NCBI RefSeq assembly: GCF_009914755.1 | Contig: NC_060929.1 | DNA from: the human T2T-CHM13v2.0 reference genome, Homo sapiens | DNA length: 64,000 nt | Direction: 5' to 3' (one strand) | In this document: one piece after another, positions 1 through 15,325 of the stretch | Layout: the number at the start of each line of letters is the position of its first letter | Position numbering within the stretch: the stretch's first letter is position 1 | Notes under the pieces: generated by a model | The model's input: only the letters and a program-made list of their open reading frames with translations | The model's database searches: none | What the model was told of the DNA's origin: nothing | Position numbers and translations under genes: made by a program

Positions 1-213
1 TGCAGGCTGGGGAAGAGAAGGCAGCGTGGCAGGAGTGGAGACCATGGGCATTTGAGCCACTTCCTCACGTAACTTACTTGCGCCTTCAGGACCTGCTCAA
101 GCCCGATCACCTATATATCAGTTCCATTTGATGACAGAATGCTACTGTGCATGACCCACTTTATGGCTAGATGGGTCAGAAAGCACCCAGTTCATGATAG
201 GCAGTTCAGGTCA
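1..213 (-). mobile_element. HERV-L internal (pol) fragment with in-frame stops, continuing off the window start
   Basis: The reverse complement translates to PELPIMNWVLSDPSSHKVGHAQ*HSVIKWN*YIGDRA*AGPEGASKLREEVAQMPMVSTPATLPSLPQPA, which I recognise as HERV-L pol sequence. Confidence 0.85.
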
Positions 214-882
214 CCCCAGAAACACTTTTTAGAAGCTCTGATCTACTTAGATGTTGAAGTTGCTGAGAATAAGGTTTGGATGATTGGAGGAGAGCTGGGG
301 TGGAAGACAGGAGAAAAGGTGTTAAGATTTTAGCACACAACCCTCGTTGTGGCTGGGAAAAAAAGTGATAAAGCAAGGAATTAGAATGAAAAATATGATT
401 TTGTATGTACCTTTGTTACCTACTTCTCTTTCTTGTGATCCACGCATTGCCTTTTCCATAGGACACAGATCCGTAGATCCAGTGCAAATACCGAAGATCA
501 CAAACTCTGCTCTAAGTAGAGTCACACTTTCTGACACTAGGGTAAGAGGATTGTTTGTTTCTTCACTTTATGTTTCTTATTTAGCTAATGAATTGTACTT
601 TCTTAACCTAACTTGGGAGCTCTCCCGGGCTCATCACAGGCCCCCGCAAAGCCCCTCCAGCTTCAGCTCCCATAACGTGGACAGTATCCCTACCCCCTTT
701 CACAACTGCTCCCACCTGGCTTCGTATTCTGTCTCCCACTCCATACAGACTCTCCCTGCTGGGCGGGGGCGGTCTGTGCAGGCTCACAGGTGGTCCTGTT
801 GGTCAAAACTATGAGGGTATTTAGGTGAAAACAGTTGAAGACCATTCTCTTGTAAGGAAATGCTGCTCTGGAGGATTAATCA

Positions 883-1287
883 TGTTACCGATGGAGGGTG
901 TCCAGGTTCTTGGTGTCTTGAACAAAGAATTGAACAAAACACACAAATAAAGCAAGGCAAGAATAAAGCAACAAAAGCAGAGATTTATTGAAAATAAAAG
1001 TACCCTCCACAGTATGGGAGCAGGCCTGAGCAAAGGGGCTCAAGAGCTCTGTTACAGAATTTTCTGGAGTTTAAATGTCTTCTAGAGGTTTCGTTGGTTA
1101 TTTGGTGTATGCCCTATGTAAATGAAGAGGATGAAGCAGTTACAAAGCATTTACTTGGTGTACACCCTATGTAAATGGAAAGGTTACTTCCTGTCATACC
1201 TGAAGTGTTTCCATTTGATTTAGTTCTAGGAAGTCAGCATTAATTGGCCTTATGTTCCCTGCCTCCAGACCCTATTCTCCTGCCTCA
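883..1287 (-). mobile_element. ERV1 solo LTR, MER51 family
   Basis: The minus strand starts TGAGGCAGGAGAATAGGGTCTGGAGGCAGGGAAC and ends CCTGGACACCCTCCATCGGTAACA, with an internal AATAAA. Perfect 4-bp TSD ATCA at 879-882 and 1288-1291. Confidence 0.85.
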
Positions 1288-1724
1288 ATCATACTTTTAT
1301 ACAATGAAAATATCTAAAATTTAATTATATAATTTAGGACATTGGTTTTCATTAATTTATACAATTTTAAACCTATTGCTCACAAGTATATTCATAAAAT
1401 GTTAGCTTAGCTTAGAACCCTCCGGGTTTTAAGAGTCTATACATGTCTATATTTCAAAGTCCATAAGCCAAGTTTGAAAAGGATTTTTTGTTGACAAAAC
1501 AAGATCAATGCCAACCGGCTTTGTGGAAAAGGGCTGGTGTTGATGCAGAGCTAACCAATATTAGAAAAACAAGAGCAACAAAAGTATATGCAATAATTGA
1601 GACAGATGCAGATGGTATAATGCTCTACTGGAAGAGACATTAGATGCCAATCAAGTATTCATTCCAACAACATGTTTGGGTCCCAGTCCTTATTGGGATG
1701 TAATAGAAAGAGTACCGTTAGTCG

Positions 1725-1905
1725 TAGTTCTAATTCTGATTAATCTCTTAATGAGCTATATGACATTGGTCAAGCAGGTCAACTTCTCTCATTCTCAATT
1801 TGCTTCCCTGCAAATTGGGGAAAATTATATGTACTTCATTAAATTCATATGGGAACTAATATACGTATTTCTGTAAAAATCCTAGAAGAGCATCCAATCA
1901 TCCTT
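1725..1905 (+). mobile_element. MIR SINE relic
   Basis: MIR-core-like run gagctatatgacattggtcaagcaggtcaacttctctc...tttgcttccctgcaaattgggg. Confidence 0.6.
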
Positions 1906-2489
1906 CAATAAATATTCCTACATCACCCATCCATACATGTATTTCCAAGTTATCTTAATAATAAGTAAACTTTGGTAAGTTTTAGATGAATAAAACAAAT
2001 ACATTTTTCTTACCATTTATTGACTTTACTTATAATCTCATAAATGTGTTAAATACTGAAAGGTATTTTCTTATTTGTCTCCTCTTTTCTCTATACTGTG
2101 TCTTCCAGTTCTTACTATTTCAGTTTAATTTTTCTTAATTTCATGTATTTTTACAAACTAAAATAACTTGGTATGCCCGATTTTAGAACAAAAGATACCA
2201 AGATAAATATGGTCCTCCTTTCTAGGCTTACTTAAACTTTCACAATGACTCTCTACAATAATTAAAACATAGGAAAATAAACTGATGACCTCAGGATGCT
2301 AACATTATTTTTTTATTTTTAAGCCCCTTTAGTTTCTCACACAGTCTTGGTTACCTGTATTGTGGGTGTTCATATTATACCAGTTTTTTCAGATTAAAAA
2401 TTGGGCAGTCACAGGAGAAGAGGAACATGTTCAGGAAAATATAAATAGTATGACACAAAGAAGAAAATTTAAATTCATCCAAATCTTGT

Positions 2490-3202
2490 TGTCTTAGTCC
2501 TTTCAAGCCTCTATAACCAAATCTCATCATCTGGGTAGTTTATAAACAATAGAAATCTATTTTTTTTTGCAATTCTGGAGGCTGGGAAGTTCAAAATCAA
2601 GGCAGATTTGGTGTCTAGTGAAGACCAGCTTCCTGGATCACAGTCAGCACGTCTTTACTATATCCTTACATGGTGGAAGGGGCAAAGGATATCTCTGGGG
2701 TCTCTTTTATAAGTGCTCTAAACCCATTCATGAATGACATGGTTTGGCTGTGTACCCACCCAAATCTCATCTTGAATTGTATCTCCCATAATTCCCATGT
2801 GTTGTGGGAGGGACCAGCAAGTGGTAACTGAATCATGCGGCAGGTCTTTCTTGTGCTGATCCCTTGATAGTGAATAAGTCTCACAAGATCTGATGGTTTT
2901 ATAAAGAGGAGTTCCCCTGCACAAGCTCTCTCTCTTTGCCTGCTTCCATCCATGTAAGATGTGACTTGCCCCTCCTTGCCTTGCACCATGATTGTGAGGC
3001 CTCCCCAGCCACATGGAACTGTAAGTCCATTAAACCTCTTTTTCCTGCCAGTCTTGGGTATGTCTTTATCAGCAGCATGTAAATGGACTAATACAAGGAC
3101 CTAAACATTTTCCAAAAGGTCCTTCCTCCTAATATGATCATCTTGGAAGTTACCATTTTGACACATACATTTGTGGCAGATGTAAACAATCAAACCATAG
3201 CA
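2490..3202 (-). mobile_element. MLT1A/MLT1A0 MaLR solo LTR, interrupted by a THE1B LTR
   Basis: Termini tgtcttagtc...caaaccatagca; perfect 5-bp TSD CTTGT at 2485-2489 and 3203-3207. Confidence 0.85.
2735..3095 (+). mobile_element. THE1B solo LTR nested in the MLT1A LTR
   Basis: tgacatggtttggctgtgt...gttcccctgcacaagctctctc...ggactaataca, about 360 bp. Confidence 0.9.
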
Positions 3203-3962
3203 CTTGTGTTCACACTGTAAGAATTCCAGGAAACATGAAAGATATTAGATTAGTTCAAAAACTCTTGCAATTCTTGTTACATTTGTACCCTAAAAGTGTG
3301 CATTTGTGAATAGTTCAGAAATAATATGTCTGTGGTTTAGATTTGAGAACCTTGATAGTATTTCAAAGAATGGGAGAGAAAACTTGAAAGAATCTTGTAA
3401 GGTGATACACAAAGTTATTCACACAAACTTTTGGAAGAAGCAAACACTCAGCCATCACAGATACTTATCTTCTTCTGCACATGAAATATTTTTTACCATT
3501 TTTGATAAATTTTAGCTTATGAATAGTTGTATTGGTTAATACTAGTCCATCATTCTAAAGCATTAGTTTTTGCATTCATTTCTGTGATTTCACCGCCAAA
3601 ATCTATTTGGTTATTTCTTTAACATGAGACATGAGTGAGAGGTTGTTAGTTTTACAATGAGCTCCATAACTGTCTAAATTTTAAAAATCACGTCATCTTC
3701 ATTTAAAAAATTTACTATAATATTATTAAGAAGGCATATATCCAAAAGTTATTTTACATAAATAGAAGAAACATTTTGGCTCTCAAGTGTCTTTACATTA
3801 AGAATCAACTGATGGAACAATAAACATTGTTCCAAAGGGTGTAACTGCCATTGTCCATTTCCATGGAGGATTTGGCTGAATGTGCCTACTCTAAAAGTAC
3901 TTTGCTATTCATAACATATTGATACTGTACCTTTTTAAAGTCAGAGATAATCCTATAATATA

Positions 3963-4275
3963 TTTTAATAAACTATTTTTAAAGCAGTTAGAAGAATTAA
4001 CAAGAAGATACAGAGATTCCTCATATACACTCTGACCCCATACATGCCTAGCCTCCTGCATTTTCAATATCCCACACCACAGTGGTGCATTTGCTGCAAT
4101 CGGTTAACCTACACTGCACATCAGTATCACCCAGAGTTTACATTCAGGATAACCCTGCATGTTATACACTCTGTGAGTCTGGAAAAATGCATAATAATAT
4201 GCACCCACCATAAAGTGTCATACAGAGCAATTTCACTGCCCTAAAAATCCTCTGTGCTCCACTTTTATACTTTAT
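3963..4275 (-). mobile_element. L1MC1-like 3' end fragment
   Basis: Contains the L1MC 3'UTR-type motif tttcactgccctaaaaatcctctgtgctcc. Confidence 0.75.
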
Positions 4276-4382
4276 TTCTCCACTTTTATGTTTCATTGAA
4301 TATATTATAATTTCAAACCAGTTTAATTTTAGCTTGGCAATAATTATCAAATATTTTAAAGTCAAATATCATAAATAATTTA

Positions 4383-6682
<2,300 letters not shown>

Positions 6683-8214
6683 AAATAAATAAAAGAAAGA
6701 AAAAAGAAATGAAACAATGCCTGTCTCAGCTTTTAATTACAAAGGAATCATATGCAAATGATAGAACATTTAAAAAGAGAGAAAAACACTAAGAAAAAAA
6801 GTGGCATCATATTACATCCCTTTTTCATGAGAAAAAAAATAACTGTTCCTCACTGTTAAATCATGTTGCATTATTTCCTAGTAACACAGCATATTAATAT
6901 ACTTTCACATATACATGCATGCACAGTCTTATATAAACATGAGAGAATAGTCTGACATTTGTAGGGGTATATCTGATGATCTTGCACATGCTATTTTCTA
7001 TTTATCTGTCAGATTTTTCTATCATTTCTTTTTCCTAACTAAAGGCTCATACTCCAGTTAAGTGGCAGATATTATAACCACACACAAACCAATGTGAGCC
7101 TTTCAGCATCCTGTTCCTGCCATGTTGGAGGATCAGCACGATGGTAAATGGGTTACAATCTTTGATTTCGTGCCTTTGAGAAGCCACATTATCCCAAAAT
7201 TTGCAGCATCTGCCATCTAATCCATAGACACATGTGCCCTGCTTTCTAAGGACGCTGTGTCTTTTTTCATCTTTCTAACCTTGGAAACAAATTGCAAGTT
7301 AAATTTGTGAGTTTGGAATACTTTGCCCTGTGGCTGGTGTCCCAAAGTGAGAGTGATTAAAGAGAAAGGCCACATAAACAGAAATACTAAGATTTATCCA
7401 TATCTTGTTTCTGCCCCTGCACAGTCTGCTTTAACAGAGAATCTACTCATGTTACTAATAATAGGAGCATAAAACCTCTCATTATTACTACAAGTATTGT
7501 TACTGACGTCTAGCTGTAAAGAGGGTTATTTAGGATGTAGTTTAGATTTTGTGGGCCTCAAGTGATCAATTTTCATAAAAATGTTTGATGTTTTTCATCA
7601 GGAAATCTGTACTTTGTTATGTACAGCAATTTATTTGCTTCATTAATGATATATTTAGTACAAATCTAATCTCTCTCTTTCTCTCTCCCCCTCCATCCTT
7701 TCTCTTCTTTCTCTGACTTTCCAAACACCTTCTTCACCCAGCTACCTTTAACACAGAGCCCTTAGACATTAAACATTCCTGGGATAAGGCTAAGGAAATG
7801 GATCTTCCCACTTCAGTGGACAGGAGCTGTAAAAGAAAGGCGTTTCTGTAACAGGTCAGAGAAGTGAGTGAGTCAAGTAATATAACAAAGAAATGATGCT
7901 CCTGGTCATCAGCCTGTGGAGATATTAGCAGCTCATTATCTCTCTGGAGAATGGTGGAGCAGGGCTACACCAATATTTGAACCAAAAGGGGTCATTTCGC
8001 ACTGTCTTCAACTGAAAAGATCCCCCCAAAAATAAAGCATACCTTTTTAACTGCTCAGAGATAAAAAAGAGAAGAAAACGAGAAAGGAAATACATCAGTA
8101 GTCAGAAACAAGAAGAGTCAAAAGCAATACTGTATATATATATATGTGTGTTTAATTACTTGCACTCCCTTTTCTGGACTATTATGCATTAATAATATGT
8201 TATTAATATTCTTA

Positions 8215-8447
8215 TTTTCTTTTTGGAGACAGGGCTCACTCTGTTGCCCAGATGGAAGTTCAGTGGCACAACCATAACTCACTGTAGTCTCAATCTCCTG
8301 GGCTCGACAATCCTCCGACCTCTGATTTCTCAGTAGCTGAGACTATAAACATGTGTCATCATCCCAAGCTAATTTTTTTCCAAATTTTTTTTGTAGAGAT
8401 GGGATCTCACTATGTTGTCTAGGCTGGTCACGAACCCCTACCCTCAA
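8215..8447 (-). mobile_element. AluJ-like element, 5'-truncated
   Basis: Diverged Alu arms: gagacagggctcactctgttgccca...tgtagagatgggatctcactatgttg. Confidence 0.85.
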
Positions 8448-8529
8448 TCTAATGTTCTTAATGTTCATAGTATGAAAGTCTTGTAGAATGTGCACAAAAT
8501 AAATTGTAATGACTTACAAGAATACATTT

Positions 8530-8831
8530 TTGAGTTTGTTTGTTTGTTTGAGATGGAGTCTTGCTCTGTTGCCCAGGCTGGAGTACAGTAGTGTGATCTC
8601 GACTCATTGCAACCTCCACCACCCAGGTTCAAGTGATTCTCCTGCCTCAGCCTCCTGAGTAGCTGGGATTACAGGCGCCCGCCACCACGCCCAGCTAATT
8701 TTTGGATTTTTAGTACAGATTGGGTTTTGCCATGTTGGTGAGGCTGCTCTCAAACTCCTGACCTCAGGTGATCGGCCCACCTCAGCCTCCCAAAGTGCTG
8801 GGATTACAGTCAGGAGCCAAGGTACCCGGCC
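8530..8831 (-). mobile_element. AluS element
   Basis: Full dimeric Alu with a (TTTG)n tail. Confidence 0.95.
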
Positions 8832-9789
8832 TAAGTTTGAATGAAATTTATAATTAATTGGAAGATGAAAACTCAAGAAATATCTAAAGTTATGTGACAA
8901 ATTTGCATATATCTATTAAATTTTTACAGATCAGACTATATATCATGGACCCTGATTTATATATAAAAATTCATCATGACAACTTTATAAAATGCATCTC
9001 GACTAAACAGCTAACATTCTGAATTCTGCTTTATGCAGTGTGTTTGGGTCATACATAGAGGCCGTGAAAACACTGAGCTTGGCTTAAATACACTGGTTTC
9101 TCTTATCTACGTTACCATCAGTTTAAAGTAAAATTTGGAAGAAAAAATATATTGAAGAATAATATAAGTAGGCACTCAAACAATGTGCCACACACTTCCA
9201 TCTTAAAACAAAGTTAATATGTAGAATGGCACAGGCTTCAGACATTTTCATATTATCTGGTAACACTTTTCTTTAACTACAGCATTTAAAATATATAGGC
9301 AGGTTAATATAAGAAATATCATTCCAAAGAGTAAATTTTCTCTTTAAAATTTTTTAATGAATCCATTTCAAAAATTTTAAATCAATTATCTTTTTCATTA
9401 CATAAACTCAGGCATGTATGAACATATTTTTTAGTGGAAGTAGTCAAATAATTTTGATTTGAAGCCTTTTAAGGCTTAGGAATGTCAAGACAGACATCAA
9501 ATATTTAACAGATCCATGATGCAAAAGCAATTTCAGAGGCTTTTGAAATAGACTTTTGGCCTTATGCTGAATCATCCCATACTGAGGTGCTCTTTGAGTT
9601 ATTACATTTGCCCTTCATGTTTGTGTTTTTCACCTGCTATTCGCTGGTATTTCTTGACACCACATGCGTTCCTCCCTAGAGGATTCTTTTCAGTGTTGTG
9701 TGGTGCCTGCCCTGGTTTGAGCAGGTGCATAGCCAAACTCAACATGAAAGAAGACAGTAAGTAAAGTCCAAATCTAACAGAAGAAGCTT

Positions 9790-12365
9790 TAGAGCTGGGA
9801 GCATCTTATAGTGACACACAAAAAAGACATGCTCCAAAAAAAAAAAAAAAAAACATAAAAAAGAAAGACACATTTCAAAGGTGAGAGGAACCAACTGAAA
9901 GAGCTCCAAATGACCAAAACTGGATCAATTTCAGCAATAAAATAAAGAAATATTGGATTATAACCCAAAATATAATATATTCATAAATACACACTGATAT
10001 AAATAAGTAACAAAATAAGTGAATAAAATGGAAGAAGAGACAAATCTTCCATACAGAAAAAAATCCAAATAATTTCTGTTAATGCTGTATTCTCAAGGAA
10101 GTAGAGCAAAAACCTGATTCCTCAGGTGTGGGCTGTGCATAATAACTTCCTTCCAAAGAATACAGTATGGCAAGCCAAGAGAAGAGAATAACTGCACATT
10201 ACAGAAACATGGATAAGGCCAATATCCACAGGGATGAATCATGTTAATATTATGTACCCTTGATAAGATGTGATAAGAATGGCATGTTTCCTCTTTAGTC
10301 TTTATCACAAGAGTCCAGAACCCCTGTCTAACCTTGAGAAAAATGTTCAGCAAACACAAACTGAAGGATATTTTACAAACTACCTGACCAGTAATCCAAA
10401 AGTATCAAGGTCATCAAAAAACAAAGAATGTCATGAAGTCTTTACCAGGGCCGAGGTCCAGAATGGTATTTCCTACATTTCCTTCTAGGGTTTTTATAGT
10501 TGTAGGTCTTACCTTTAAGTCTGTAATCCATCTTTAGGTAATTTTTGTATATGGTGAAAGGAAGAAGTCCAGTTTCAATCTTCTGCAGATGAGTAGCCAG
10601 TTATCCCAGCACCATTTATTTAATAGGGAGTCATTTCCCTATTGCTTATTATTGTTGACTTTGTCACAGGTCAGACAGTTGTAGGTGTGCAGCCTTATTT
10701 CTGGGGTTCGCTAACCTGTTACATTGATCTATGTGTCTGTTTTTGTACCAGTCCCATGCTGTTTTGGTTACTGTAGCCTTGTAATATACTTTGAAATCAG
10801 ATAGTGTGAGTCCTCCAGCTTTGTTCTTTTGCTTAGGATTGCTTTGGTTATTCGGGCTCTTTTGTGGTTCCAAATACATTTTTGAAATTCGTTTTTCTAA
10901 TTCTGTAAAAAGTGCTGTTAGTAATTTGACAGAATGCTCCAAAACCAACTGCAACAAAAACAAAAATTAATGATAGGGCCTAATTAAACTAAAGAGCTTC
11001 TGCATAGCAAAATAAACTATCAACTGAGTAAACATATACCCTACAGAATGGGAAAAATAATATTTGCAAACTATGCATCTGACAAAGGTATAAAATACAG
11101 ACTCTATAAGGAACTTAAACAAATCAACAAGCAAAAAAACAAACAACCCCATTAAAAATTGACAAAGGACAAGAACAGACACTTCTCAAAAGGAGTGTCA
11201 CATTGTCAACAGCACAGAAAAAAATATCCAATATCACTAATCATTAAGGAAATACATATCAAAACCAAACTGAGATATTATTTCACACCAGTCAGAATGG
11301 CCATTACTAAAAAGTCAAAAAGTAACAGACGCTGATGAGATTGTGGATAAAAGGGAACATTTATACACTGTTGGTGGGAATGTAAATTAGTTCAAACATT
11401 GTGGAAAGCTGTCTAGAGATTTCTCAAAGAACTTACAGCAGAACTACCATTCAACCTAGCAACCTCATAACTGGGAATATAAATTGTTCTACCATAAAGA
11501 CACATACATGCATATGTTCACCACAGCACTATTCACAATAGCAAAGTCATGTAATCAACCTAGATACCCATAAACACGGAGTAGATAAAGGAAATATTGT
11601 ACACACACACCATGGCATACTACGCAACCATAAAAAATAATGGCATCATGTCCTTCCTTAGGACAATGTCCTTTGCAGCAACATGGCTGGGGCTGAAGGC
11701 CATTACCCTAAGCAAATTAACACAGGAATGGCACACCAAATACCACATGTTCTTATTTATAAGTGGGAACTAAACATGAAGTACACATGGACACAAAGAA
11801 GGGCAGAGTAGACACCAGAGCCTGCCTCAGGGTGGAGGGTGAAAGGGGAGTGAGGATTGAAAAACAACCTATCAGGTACTATGCTGATACCTGGGTGACA
11901 AAATGATCCATACACCAGACCCTCACAACACACAATTAACCCATGTAACAAACCTGCACATGTACCCCTTGAACTAAAAGTTGGAAAGAAAGTATAAATA
12001 AATAAAACATAAATAGACAAAACCAAACAAAGAAAACAACATCCTAGATGCTATCACAGTCAAGAGGAGCCTGAGGACTAAACGTAATGTGATATCTGGA
12101 TGGGATCCCGGGAGAGAAAAAGACATAAGACGAAAACTAAGGAAAGGCCAAAAACAACGGAAACAATTACATGAAGTAATTTGAGTTAAGAATGTGCTAT
12201 TAATTCTTATATATTGGTTGTAATAATTGTAACATACTGTAATGTAATTTATAGTTATTATTAACAGTATGCAAAACTGAGCTTGGGTGTACAGGAACCC
12301 TCTATATTGTCTTTGCAATCTTTTTCTAAGCCTAAAACTATTCTAAGATTATGGTTTATTACAAA
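9790..12365 (+). mobile_element. L1MC3/L1MD-like 3'UTR in two pieces (9790-10428 and 12035-12365), split by a younger L1
   Basis: aaggtcatcaaaaaacaaagaa resumes after the insert as ...tcacagtcaagaggagcctgagg...taaaactattctaag. Confidence 0.75.
10429..12024 (+). mobile_element. L1PA15/16-like 5'-truncated L1 with 5' inversion (10429-~10934 inverted)
   Basis: Minus-strand ORF2 peptide ([23 protein letters not shown]), followed by sense ORF2 end and an old-type 3'UTR. TSD aaacaaagaa at 10419-10428 and 12025-12034. Confidence 0.9.
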
Positions 12366-12499
12366 AAACGACAGCCTCTTTCATAGTATTTGTGTGTTTT
12401 CTCCTTGTTATTTGTTATATAATCTGTTGTTTTAAATCATTGGTTTCCCAATTCTAATCTGCTGGAGAATCGCTAATATCTTTTAAAAATTGTATTAAT

Positions 12500-12660
12500 A
12501 GTTAGGAACCTTGCACTATGTTGGATTTCCTTATAAAACTATATCTACCCGGATCCCATACTGAGAGATTCTAATTTATTTGCTTTCGTGTGTGCTTGGA
12601 CAACAGGATTTTTAAACACACCCTAGAGATTTCAGTGTACAGCCAAAGCTGGGAAAATCT
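12500..12660. mobile_element. MER5A-like hAT MITE (a further half element at ~12730-12800)
   Basis: gagattctaatttattt...ggatttttaaac...tttcagtgtacagccaaagctggg. Confidence 0.6.
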
Positions 12661-12924
12661 TCTTTTAATAATCCACATTGCAGATGTTGTTAGCATGTTC
12701 CCCACCTCCTCAAAATGCAAAGAGCTGATCAATTGTATCAGTGTCTCTAGAGATGCTTGTTAAACATGCAACTTCCTGGTTTACATCCAGAAGTCAAAAT
12801 TATTGTCCTTTACTGGCCAGCAGGGTGCCTAACAGAGAGGAAAATACATTTTAAAATGAGAAGATAATGAAGGAGGAAGAGAAGGAGGCAAAGAAAAGTA
12901 ACTGAGAACTAAATGTGACTGGGT

Positions 12925-13085
12925 TGATGATTATTTACCTGGCATACATACTTTCAATATTTTTGTCATATTAAATTCTCACAACAATCTTTGTAAGTTA
13001 GTTTTGCTATTCCCACTTTACAAATGTGGAAAGAGACTCAGTGATGCTTATCAACTCACCCTGAATCACTTAGCTAGATAGAGTT
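12925..13085 (-). mobile_element. MIR relic
   Basis: ttctcacaacaatct...cccactttacaaatgtggaaagagactcag. Confidence 0.7.
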
Positions 13086-13134
13086 CAATGCACTTGAGTA
13101 TAGAGAGTGCACACACACATACACACACACACAT

Positions 13135-13430
13135 AAACCCTGTTATCTCAAGGATACCAAAATACAGAGATGCTTTAGTCCCATATATATATTTGCATAT
13201 AATATGTGTGTAAGACACATTTTCTCATATCTTTTAAATCCTCTCTAGATTACTGATAATATGTAACACAATATAAATGCTATGCAAATAGTTGTTATAT
13301 TTTGATGTCTAGAGAATAATGACAAGAAAATAGCCTGTACATATTGAGTACAGATGCAACCATCTATTTTTCTTTTTCCCATATTTTTGACCTGGTTTAG
13401 GGAACCCATAGGTCTAAAAGGCTGAGTGTA
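13135..13430 (+). mobile_element. MER2-type Tigger MITE
   Basis: ggataccaaaatacagagatgct...tctctagattact...aaatgctatgcaaatagttgttata...gtacagatgcaacc. Confidence 0.8.
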
Positions 13431-14374
13431 TGTTCTGTCTAAAATAATGTTCTGCTTAATATAACCATAAAGAATGTGGGTATTCACTGTGTATTTTCCA
13501 GCTGTTCATGTTTCTTCTGTTTTGCCAGGAGTTTCTCCTGGAGCACCTACAAAGAAGTGCCAGAGTCATGGGATTCGTACACATCGGAGTGGATCATGCC
13601 ATGTTGGGGCAGCTGTTTCCATAGTGATGAGTATGTGGGTAGATATAAGGAAATGTTGGTATGCAGATCCCAATATCAAACTCTAATAAATGACTAGGAA
13701 ATAATATTGCTGAGAAGTCCAAACTCCAAAGTGTGAAATGAAAACATTCAATGATGCTATAGTATACCTGGTCACAATCTGCAAATAAGAAACATCAGGA
13801 AAATACACAATACAATTTGGAAATATCATCCAGTGGCATACTGTTTACTTAGGAGGAGCGTTATAGTACTATTTAGTTTATCTGTACAGAAAACATGAAG
13901 AGAAATTTGTACTAAGAAGAATTAGGAGGCATTCTTCGACAACGAAGAGGAACACACCATATGTTGAAGGAAGAAGCTGTTTCATCGAGGAGCATCATGT
14001 GTTGCTGTATTAAAGTTAGATAAAGGTCTTCACTACAGACGGTGAGAGGGAAATTAGTGGGGCAGGCTGCATAAACAGCCTCACAGCGTGGCTCCATCAC
14101 AAGCTCTGTGAAAGCCAACAGGAAAGAAAGCACAATCCTATGGTGGATCTTGAGGTAAGATTCAAAAGCTCTCCGAATTTGCTAATTGTTTTTTCGTGGA
14201 AAGAAAATAATCTCAAAATGAATGAAAAGAAAGCCAATTGGGAAGAAGGGTAGTTAGGGAGAATGTTAGAATAAGAGAAATGAAAAGAAAACTTCATTTT
14301 AAAATAGAAAATTTGCATTGGTGGAAATGTTTTCAGAAGATAATAAATGCTAAAGTGCTTTTATTTGCTTCATT

Positions 14375-14862
<488 letters not shown>

Positions 14863-15184
14863 TGCTATGTGTATATTAATGTGTGGTCTTGATCTTGAAC
14901 TGAGGCTCTGAAAGGGTATGACAAATACTGACGGCCATCTGCCAACTACAGAGCTGTGAACTGTTCACTCATTAACAGTTTATAAACAACAAGATAACAT
15001 CCTCCAACTTATCTTCCTGCTCTAGCAGAGGTGGGCAGTGAGGATAACTGTTCAGGTCCCCTCTTTGGAGGTCTGGTGTCATGAGCATGAGCCCTCCTGC
15101 AGGGCACTCCAGGACAGCTCTCCCTGTGCCCACGGACAGACCACCTCAGGGGCTGCCATCTAAGCTTCAGATGGTGCGGAGCTC

Positions 15185-15308
15185 TGAGTGTGTGTGTGAG
15201 TTTAAGTATGTGTGAGTATGTATGAGTGTGTGTATGAGTTTCTGAGTATGTGTATGTGTGAAAGAGAGAAAGAAAGCAGCAGCAACTGAGAAAGAGAGAG
15301 AGAGAGTG
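15185..15308. repeat. Degenerate (TG)n/(GA)n simple repeat
   Basis: Visible directly. Confidence 0.8.
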
Positions 15309-15325
15309 ACTCTCTAGTCATCAGC

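Noticed and set aside
347-814. 155-aa ORF in unique sequence
   Set aside because: Non-ATG start, no recognisable domain, and it reads through pyrimidine tracts. Consistent with a chance ORF.
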